NCBI GenBank assembly: GCA_002794465.1
Contig: MTSL01000099.1
Location: 1-5,973 of the forward strand
Reading direction: 5' to 3'
From: Paramicrosporidium saccamoebae KSL3
Taxonomy: Eukaryota > Fungi > Cryptomycota
DNA: 5,973 bases
Every line of letters begins with the position of its first letter. The stretch's first letter is position 1. The notes beneath the pieces were generated by a model, which saw nothing but the letters and a program-made list of their open reading frames with translations, was not told where the DNA came from and made no database searches. A program made the translations under genes and the position numbers. Below are positions 1 through 5,973 of the stretch, one piece after another.

Positions 1-2248
1 CTTTCTCATCAAGCTCGTAACTGGGGAGATCCAATATGCCAATATCATCTTGCTCGCCAAACAGTTGGCCTGTTAGTGCGAAATCCAGCTTTGGATATTG
101 CAGCACATCAATCCATACGGATCGGCGTATTCTCGTTCTGTCGGACATTGCCATATTCCAAAAACTTTGCGGATCCGATCGTATCCATTGTAGTAGGACA
201 GTATTGGGAATCCTCTGGAATGATACTCCAATTTCTTTGGCAAGTTTGCTAAAGTATCCTCGGATACACTTTGATGTAATTCCCCTCATTGCTAGTGGTG
301 ATATTTGATGTAAGCTTAGTTCGCGACAGACCATTGACCGGTCCAAATGTTTGCCGAATGAAGTTAGCTGATATTGGGTGACCCTTTTGAGTAGGGCATC
401 TGACAAGGGTCCATCATAGTAGGAAAATGCATCTGGGCCAAGGTTTTTAAATGCCTCATCCCCAGCGGTGCCAAGGTCCGTAAGACGTGCCACACATTCG
501 GGAGGAATAATAACAGTATGAGGATGCGAACCAAAGTCCTTTAGCTTCATTCCTGAGCAATCTTGCACATCTTTGATTCCAGCCTTTACTAGTCCTCCAT
601 AAAGTTTGTACGCATGCCAAATTTTGGATTTAAAAAATAATGATAGATCGGAAGCACAAGAACTAAACTCATTGATTAACAAGAAATAATTGGCCTCGTT
701 GATATTGTTCGCTTTGATCAATTCGTCGATATGGAGCTCCCAACATTCCATTGGAATTAGATTATGCTTCTTGAAATTACCGACGGCGTGTAGAAATACC
801 GCACAAACTCTTGGGTCTGCTGGTACTTGTTCAGGCTCGATTGTGTCAATAAACTTTAGTCCAATGTTCATTTTTGAATAAGAGTCTGATCGGATGAAGG
901 AGTCATAGTCCTCTACACTACAAGAGGAGCATAGCAATACTTTTGCTCCGGTGATGGTCAGTCCAGAAAAAAACTCGTCTGGATAGTTGCCTTTTCGCGC
1001 CACCATTTGGTCAGCAGTTTTGCGGCAGCCACTGTTCAAAGACTCGAGCAAGCCCGCTGTAGTGAATTGGATTTGAGCAGACTCGAGAAAGTCGGATGGG
1101 GCATACTTTTCGATCAATTCCCGATGCTTTGGGGATAGGTCTAATATGATAATTGGCGTTTGGATAGTTTTTGGGGCAATTGTTTCGAGAAATTGTTGTT
1201 TTACATTGTCGTGGCACTTTAGGATAGGCTCCCAACAGCTGTAATGGAGCGACTTGAGATATGATGGATTGAGATGTAGAATATCAGACGGATATCTTGC
1301 TGTCCACTGCTTAATAGTTGCTGGCGGAATCTCACTAATGTCTAGGAGCTTGGGGCCAGCATGGAAATAGCCATGCAGACACCGTGCAGTCACTCCACGA
1401 ATGCCAAATTCCACAAAGTCGAGAGCAAGACTTTGGCAAATGTCTCCTTCCACTTTACTGGCATAATTTCTCAAATGGTCCTCTGACATGGCAGCAGTAA
1501 CACTTTCCGAGAGCGGGCCATTGTAGTGACAAAATGCCTTGGGGGAAAAGGCCAGAGAATCCAATGAGGAAGATTCCATAGTGTCCAAATCCACAATCTT
1601 GGAGATGCATCTATTACTCGGGATCACATTTAAACGAACCAGTTTCAGTGCCATATTAACGGTGAGTTTCTGACAGTTGGACTCGTCATCGAGATCGATA
1701 CGGTGGGTGCTCTGAGGAACACTGTTCAGAAGTTGCCTGATGGTCAGGGTATTGAGCAACTCTGCGGGGCGCTGGGTGAACCAATCCATGGGAAGCCTCT
1801 TGAGAGCCGCTTGTGGATATTCGGGTTTGGCTATATTTTTAATGAATGCGGATATGCACTGGTGGAGGGTCACTTCTGGCTGTTTGGAAGGTGTATAAAG
1901 TGTGTAATGAGTTGCAAATAGTGCGCAGACATCAGGCGCCATGGCAGACACGAGTTCGTCAGTCACGGGGAAAAATTTTGATATTTCCTTGTTGCTGTCA
2001 GGAAGGGTAATGTCATTAGTGTACTTTTCATAGTCAGACACATTTAGAATGATTTCAAACAGCGTCTTTGCCCCATCGAGTGTTAGGCCATTGACAAATT
2101 CTGTTGACAATTCAAAATTGTTTGGCAGTATCGCCAATGTTTTTTCCTTGCTGTTAAGGGCGCTTAGTAAGCTTTGGATACCACTGCTTACTGGGTTAGG
2201 GTATGCAATAGGCAGGATAAAGAGCAGCAGAGACAAAAGCACAACCAT
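1..2248 (-). CDS. Large predicted secreted protein with two diverged ~371-aa Cys-patterned units; 3'-partial (runs off the left edge)
   Basis: Manual translation from ATG 2248 gives 749 codons with no stop down to position 2 (MVVLLSLLLFILPIAYPNPVSSGIQ...GILDLPSYELDEK). The ORF track omits it, presumably because no stop lies in the window. The hydrophobic N-terminus looks like a signal peptide, and there is an A at -3 (AGT ATG). Internal duplication: GLTLDGAK/GLTITGAK, YNGPLSE/YDGPLSD, RGVTARCLHGYF/RGITSKCIRGYF. Function unknown. Confidence 0.92.
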   Translation of the reverse strand, partial: MVVLLSLLLFILPIAYPNPVSSGIQSLLSALNSKEKTLAILPNNFELSTEFVNGLTLDGAKTLFEIILNVSDYEKYTNDITLPDSNKEISKFFPVTDELVSAMAPDVCALFATHYTLYTPSKQPEVTLHQCISAFIKNIAKPEYPQAALKRLPMDWFTQRPAELLNTLTIRQLLNSVPQSTHRIDLDDESNCQKLTVNMALKLVRLNVIPSNRCISKIVDLDTMESSSLDSLAFSPKAFCHYNGPLSESVTAAMSEDHLRNYASKVEGDICQSLALDFVEFGIRGVTARCLHGYFHAGPKLLDISEIPPATIKQWTARYPSDILHLNPSYLKSLHYSCWEPILKCHDNVKQQFLETIAPKTIQTPIIILDLSPKHRELIEKYAPSDFLESAQIQFTTAGLLESLNSGCRKTADQMVARKGNYPDEFFSGLTITGAKVLLCSSCSVEDYDSFIRSDSYSKMNIGLKFIDTIEPEQVPADPRVCAVFLHAVGNFKKHNLIPMECWELHIDELIKANNINEANYFLLINEFSSCASDLSLFFKSKIWHAYKLYGGLVKAGIKDVQDCSGMKLKDFGSHPHTVIIPPECVARLTDLGTAGDEAFKNLGPDAFSYYDGPLSDALLKRVTQYQLTSFGKHLDRSMVCRELSLHQISPLAMRGITSKCIRGYFSKLAKEIGVSFQRIPNTVLLQWIRSDPQSFWNMAMSDRTRIRRSVWIDVLQYPKLDFALTGQLFGEQDDIGILDLPSYELDEK

Positions 2249-2252
2249 ACTT

Positions 2253-2521
2253 TGTAGTCTACCCTGGCGGATCTAGGTCGAATACAGCAGCAGACGTACG
2301 GCTACCGAGAGCACCCATCCCGAAGGAAGCCCCAAGAGAGACACGAACATTCGGCTGCCGACTCGGTTTGCCAATGCTCGGGGTACAAGTGCAAAAAGGT
2401 TATTTATGGATCGGGAGTATCTATGCGAACCGGATCCCCGAGGGTAACCAAGCGTCCCATAAGGTTCTGTAATGTAGGAATCCACAGCACCCATAATGGC
2501 CCAATTACTTTAGAGTAGACT
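2253..2521 (-). ncRNA. Candidate structured RNA (ncRNA or 5'-leader element) of unknown class
   Basis: Stems found by eye: a 10-bp terminal helix 2512-2521/2256-2265, then 2475-2485/2267-2275, 2467-2471/2283-2287, 2452-2458/2338-2344, 2446-2452/2362-2368, 2436-2442/2377-2383 and 2430-2437/2408-2415, plus a C(UUCG)G-capped hairpin at about 2307-2333. Several pairs are G-U on the minus strand but A-C mismatches on the plus strand. No folding computation was run. Confidence 0.45.
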
Positions 2522-2526
2522 TTATT
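2521..2526 (-). terminator. Putative polyadenylation signal (AATAAA) of the ankyrin-like gene
   Basis: TTTATT on the plus strand reads AATAAA on the minus strand, 17 nt after the TAA stop at 2544-2546. Confidence 0.5.
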
Positions 2527-2543
2527 GGTATCATGGTTCCATA

Positions 2544-4553
2544 TTATCTGCATCGGTCTGTCACCCATTCTTTGGTATCATTATCAGTAAGCTCATTTGG
2601 AAGTACTTTGCACTCTTTCCACAGCCAATCTAAGACATTGTATTTCCACACACTCCAACCTTTTGCTGCCACGTTGGCAATCTCCTCTGTGCACACTAAC
2701 AATGGATCAATTGCGTGTATCACCCCTAGAATTTCAACCCTACTACACGTTGCGGCCAGTCTTGCAACGTCGGCAGTTGGGGATAATCCTTGCTCAAGCA
2801 GCCATTGTAGCACTTGCACGCGGCCTAGATGAGTGGCGTATTGCAGCATTGTCGATTCAACCGCGATTATGCCCTTTGATGCGATCGACTTGAGAACGCG
2901 TAGCTGCGCCTCTTCAGTTAATGGTCGTGAATTTGAATAAACGACACTCAAACTTGGCAGCACATTCTTGAGAGAGTGCTTCAGTATCCAATCCATGTCC
3001 TCTTGCCTGTTGTGCATGGCCGCATAGGTAATACATTTTGATGCGTCAATCCCGGGAGATTCTCCTGTGGATGCTATTCGAGAACTATCAACTTTAAAAA
3101 TCCAGCGCAGAACCGAAAAATTGCCCATTTCACAAGCTTTCTCTACTGAAGAACTATCCGGGAGAGCTTTTGACTCTTGATATACCCATTTGAGGATTTT
3201 GGTGTGTCCACCCAGTGCCGCACCGTTCGCTATATTATCCCATTGTGAAGGAGTGGCTGGGTTTGTAAGCGCAGTCTGCAATCCTTCAAAGTCACTCTTG
3301 GCTGCCAATAACATAAGAGTTAGCCCAAGTGGCAGAGTGACACTAGCGTTATCATAAAGATATTTGATAACGTTATGAGAGCGCCAGTCATACTGAGATC
3401 GCACCATCACAGCACTCCAATCAACTTGATCTTTAAGCGTGGCTAACATCCATTCAATAATCTCTAAATGCCCTGATTCGACGGCATTAAGCACTGAATC
3501 TATTGATGGGGTTTGTAGTGCTTTCTTAGCGTGCAGCACTTTCAAGACGCCAAGACTGCCCTCACAAATAGCTAAATTGCAAAGGTAATCGTGGTCGTAT
3601 TCGAAATTTGGAGTTTCCAAGAGCATTTCTTGCACCAGCGATGAGCAATCATGCACAATGAGCCATTCTACACATTTGGTATGAATTGTCGATAGCCCAC
3701 CACTTGATCTAAGACACATATTTGGAATTTGGCTGTAGTACATGTGGAAGAGGTATTGGAGCGCCTTGATAGATTTCACAGCATGAGGAGCAACGTGGCT
3801 AGTGTCAGGGTGCAGACCTCGAGTAGAGGTGATTATTTTTTCTATGATGCGTGCTGGCACGTGCTCAGTGACTGAATCAACATCCATTGCGATTTCTCCA
3901 GTAATGTCTGGGTAAAAATGTTTGAGGATATTGATCGCGTCAAACATGGTGATGCTTTTACGCAAGGCGGTTTTGGAAATGTTCTCAAAGTACGATTCAC
4001 GGCTGATTAACTCGAAGAGCTCAATGTTGTCTGCCTTGACAGCCATTTCCCAAAATTTGCCCCATTCAAATCGCTGCAGGTTCCATGTGTTTTGATCAAA
4101 GGCTAGAGTACCATAAATCTTGGCCCAAAACCAATGCTCCTGCGCCTCATCCTTCCAAATTGGGTAGTGAACAAGGCATCTCAAAATTTCATAGTAGTGA
4201 GCATCCAGTGCTTGCTGCACGACCTTTTCGGCATCTGCGAGTGCGGGGCAGACGGACATTATGACTAATGCATCCTGATAATACTTGCCAATTTCAGCAT
4301 CTCTGCCTGCAAGCGGACGACGCTTCTTGAGAAGAAATTCAAGAGACTCGAGATTAAGGTCGTGTCCCATCTCCATCAGGTCACTGACATTGGACGCACC
4401 GAGTTTGACAGCATGTAGCGGCGCGTCATGACTCGGGTTGTCGCCAGCCTTATCCAAGCTGACCACGGTCGAGTTGCTTTCCAAGCTCAGGAAGCACACT
4501 AGTGGAATTGCTGCAGGCCACAAAACACGGTGGACTGTATTAAAGAGTTTCAT
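2544..4553 (-). CDS. Degenerate ankyrin-repeat-like protein, 669 aa, with a possible N-terminal signal peptide or anchor
   Basis: Uninterrupted ORF. The track start at 4592 is a TTG; the first ATG is 4553 (MKLFNTVHRVLWPAAIPLVCFLSL). Repeated motifs of the A-x-x-G-h-x-x-h-h-x-W type: NLAICEGSLGVLKVL, NAVESGHLEIIEWM, GAALGGHTKILKWV, KACEMGNFSVLRWI, YAAMHNRQEDMDWI, YATHLGRVQVLQWL, LAATCSRVEILGVI. These resemble short divergent ankyrin repeats seen in oomycete, fungal, amoebal and giant-virus proteins. Confidence 0.85.
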   Translation of the reverse strand: MKLFNTVHRVLWPAAIPLVCFLSLESNSTVVSLDKAGDNPSHDAPLHAVKLGASNVSDLMEMGHDLNLESLEFLLKKRRPLAGRDAEIGKYYQDALVIMSVCPALADAEKVVQQALDAHYYEILRCLVHYPIWKDEAQEHWFWAKIYGTLAFDQNTWNLQRFEWGKFWEMAVKADNIELFELISRESYFENISKTALRKSITMFDAINILKHFYPDITGEIAMDVDSVTEHVPARIIEKIITSTRGLHPDTSHVAPHAVKSIKALQYLFHMYYSQIPNMCLRSSGGLSTIHTKCVEWLIVHDCSSLVQEMLLETPNFEYDHDYLCNLAICEGSLGVLKVLHAKKALQTPSIDSVLNAVESGHLEIIEWMLATLKDQVDWSAVMVRSQYDWRSHNVIKYLYDNASVTLPLGLTLMLLAAKSDFEGLQTALTNPATPSQWDNIANGAALGGHTKILKWVYQESKALPDSSSVEKACEMGNFSVLRWIFKVDSSRIASTGESPGIDASKCITYAAMHNRQEDMDWILKHSLKNVLPSLSVVYSNSRPLTEEAQLRVLKSIASKGIIAVESTMLQYATHLGRVQVLQWLLEQGLSPTADVARLAATCSRVEILGVIHAIDPLLVCTEEIANVAAKGWSVWKYNVLDWLWKECKVLPNELTDNDTKEWVTDRCR

Positions 4554-5212
4554 CGTGTTGCGTGGCTGGGGTGACGCCAAGAACCCTTTCAATACTGTCT
4601 AAAGTGAACAGGGAGGAAACTTTCTTTATTATCGATTAGACGTACTCGTATAGTCTGTCCAGATAAGATAGGAAGAGATCGGAGATGAGAACTTTTCTTC
4701 CGATTGGCCAGTTTCAATTCTTTGTTCTCAATCGTTCCATTATGGACAAGTAGCCTACTGATCTGTCCACATTGTGATAGAGTAGCAGGATATCTAGGGG
4801 ATACGACGTCTAATTAACAGTGGACAAGCTTTCCTCCTGCCTGACTTTGTCCGTGGCATCTTTTCCACTACATTGCAATCGTATGATTACGTTTGGTTTT
4901 CAACCAGTTATGGTATGGTTGCGATGAGAGTCAGGCGACGTCGTCATGGGATCGGGTTTTGGTTTAATCGCAACAGCTTTTTCAGCGTCTAGAAGAATTT
5001 TCAGACTTGCTCGCAGACTATCGATTCCTCGGATAAAGCAAGCGCTTTATACCAGAACAAATCTTGTATTCTTGCTACATTTTGTAAAGTTGAGATTTTG
5101 GGGTGTGGAGGTGGAGTAACTAGTCATGGATATTTGGATGTGGAACCAATTAAAGGTTGTGAGCCCTCGGCATGACTTTTGTAAAATATATTGGAGCATT
5201 TGCGCAAACGTC

Positions 5213-5261
5213 AAATTTCCCTGAAAAGGAGAAATTTCCCTGAAAATTTTCAGGGAAATTT
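5213..5261. repeat. 15-bp motif AAATTTCCCTGAAAA in three copies: two direct and one inverted, forming a perfect 30-bp palindrome
   Basis: Direct copies at 5213-5227 and 5232-5246. The exact reverse complement TTTTCAGGGAAATTT lies at 5247-5261 with no spacer. Confidence 0.97.
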
Positions 5262-5307
5262 GCCAAGACACTAAATTTTGCCTTGTGAAGCCTCTAGAAA
5301 GCAAGAA

Positions 5308-5805
5308 TTATCGTAAATAAGTGTCTGTAAACTTATATTTATTGTTCGAATTCACTATAATTGATGTTGAATCGACGCAGCAGGGCTGCCAGCATGCGAC
5401 TGTGTTTGCTGATCTCGTCAGTAAGCGCTCCAAGCCCTGAGTGTTTCTACGCGTTCTTTTTGGAGCGCCCTGAGTGTTTCTACGCGTCCTTTTTGGAGCG
5501 CCCTGAGTGGATGATTGTCCGCTAAGAACAGAGGAAGGTTCTTCGAACATGGCTGACGATGGACCCTCTCCTAAGTCCGTGTTTTCGGAATCGTACTGTG
5601 GTTGGACCAATAGTGCTTTATGCTTCTTAATGCGATTATGTTCTTTGGGATCTGCGTCAGTAAGCGAGATGCAATCCTCAACTAGAGCACTGATTTCCGA
5701 TAGAGGCTCTTCTTGGATTCCGGATCGGTATAGGCTGCGAAGCTCATGGCGTTTGTGCGACTGTACGAGATCGTCATAGGCCCTTTGTACGTACCCGGCA
5801 AGACG
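5308..5805 (-). CDS. Probable 3' coding exon or remnant of an unknown gene (basic NLS-like repeat); start not identifiable
   Basis: The frame of the track ORF 5308-5610 stays open upstream to 5805 (165 aa: RLAGYVQRAYDDLVQSHKRHELRSLYRSGIQEEPLSEISALVEDCISLTDADPKEHNRIKKHKALL...). It is bounded by TAG at 5806-5808, which could double as a 3' splice acceptor. The first in-frame ATG is only at 5550. The true C-terminus may lie in another frame ending at TAA 5339-5341. Confidence 0.45.
   Translation of the reverse strand, partial: RLAGYVQRAYDDLVQSHKRHELRSLYRSGIQEEPLSEISALVEDCISLTDADPKEHNRIKKHKALLVQPQYDSENTDLGEGPSSAMFEEPSSVLSGQSSTQGAPKRTRRNTQGAPKRTRRNTQGLERLLTRSANTVACWQPCCVDSTSIIVNSNNKYKFTDTYLR
5338..5343 (-). 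terminator. Putative polyadenylation signal (AATAAA) overlapping the alternative-frame TAA stop
   Basis: The minus strand reads GAA CAA TAA A, so AATAAA overlaps the stop at 5341-5339. Confidence 0.3.
5434..5509. repeat. 33-bp tandem repeat, 2.3 copies, encoding (TQGAPKRTRRN)x2 on the minus strand
   Basis: Units at 5434-5466, 5467-5499 and a partial unit at 5500-5509. The single mismatch (5455 T vs 5488 C) is synonymous (AGA/AGG, Arg) in the minus-strand frame. Confidence 0.97.
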
Positions 5806-5973
5806 CTATGACAGGGTGGTGTACAGTGAAAGCGGTCTTGAAGAAAGACTCAGTGTCATTCCCGCCTATACACTGTATGGTGATGCTGGGTATCGGGGAT
5901 TCACCGACTCAAGTGCCCCCATACAAACTACCAGGCTCGCGGCGGCCTCTCTGATGCGGAGCTGGGCTTTAAC
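5770..5973 (+). pseudogene. Probable degenerate PIF/Harbinger (IS5-like, DDE_Tnp_4) transposase fragment, continuing off the right edge
   Basis: Joining frames gives IVIGPLY|PARRYDRVVYSESGLEERLSVIPAYTLYGDAGYRGF...|HTNYQARGGLSDAELGFN. This follows the recalled Harbinger motif order GP-x-x-G/A-R-R-H-D...ESGL...LYGD-x-A/G-Y...L-S/T-x-x-E-x-x-FN. Two frameshifts are needed, at the GTACGTAC duplication (5787-5794) and near the C5 run (5916-5920). Recognition is from memory of the motifs; no search was run. Confidence 0.45.

Noticed and set aside
36-2276. Short track ORFs 36-308, 690-881, 1011-1235, 1703-1921 and 2049-2276
   Set aside because: All lie antisense to, or out of frame within, the 749-codon minus-strand gene; they are shadow ORFs with no recognisable features.
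2273-2494. 73-aa ORF as an independent protein gene
   Set aside because: No recognisable motif, and it coincides with the structured element. Kept only as a possible uORF.
2253-2521. Assignment to known RNAs: U1 (UUGCAC), U3 (AUAACCUUU...GUACCCC), snR30/U17 (AUUCCUA, ACA), SRP, TPP riboswitch, tRNA or 5S
   Set aside because: Only short partial matches. The required partner motifs are absent: ACUUACCUG, C/D boxes, m2 AAACCAU before ACA, the helix-8 motif, CUGAGA and a valid T-arm.
2533-2893. Plus-strand ORFs 2533-2832 and 2597-2893
   Set aside because: Antisense shadows of the ankyrin-like gene.
4554-4592. N-terminal extension from the track start at 4592
   Set aside because: It begins at TTG. 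In a eukaryotic context ATG 4553 (A at -3) is more plausible and places the hydrophobic segment near the N-terminus.
4743-4769. Small hairpin TGGACA-AGTA...TACT-TGTCCA
   Set aside because: Short and interrupted; within chance expectation.
5047-5304. 85-aa minus-strand ORF
   Set aside because: Non-ATG start, runs through the palindrome, and has no protein-like features.
5434-5509. CRISPR array
   Set aside because: The 33-bp units are contiguous with no spacers, no cas genes are present, and the context looks eukaryotic.
5416-5666. 12-bp direct repeat CGTCAGTAAGCG at 5416-5427 and 5655-5666 (branch-point-like TACTGAC on the minus strand)
   Set aside because: A single 12-mer pair can arise by chance in 6 kb. 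It does not bound an identifiable element or intron.
5507-5779. 90-aa plus-strand ORF
   Set aside because: Antisense to the longer open minus-strand frame, with no motifs and not in frame with the transposase-like segment.

Overview
This looks like eukaryotic DNA from a compact, intron-poor genome. That is inferred from AATAAA signals next to stops, an A at -3 of both ATGs and no Shine-Dalgarno sites; an early-diverging fungus or fungus-like parasite is plausible but unproven. Two large genes lie in tandem on the minus strand. The first (ATG 2248, at least 749 codons, running off the left edge and missing from the ORF track) encodes a signal-peptide protein made of two diverged ~371-aa units with six conserved cysteines each. 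The second (2544-4553, 669 aa) encodes a protein with degenerate ankyrin-like repeats and a possible N-terminal signal. The 295-bp gap between them is almost filled by a nested, strand-asymmetric RNA-like structure of about 265 nt that matches no class I recognise. The right third holds a perfect 30-bp palindrome with a third motif copy, an ATG-less minus-strand reading frame with a 33-bp tandem repeat, and a probable frameshifted PIF/Harbinger-type transposase remnant on the plus strand.
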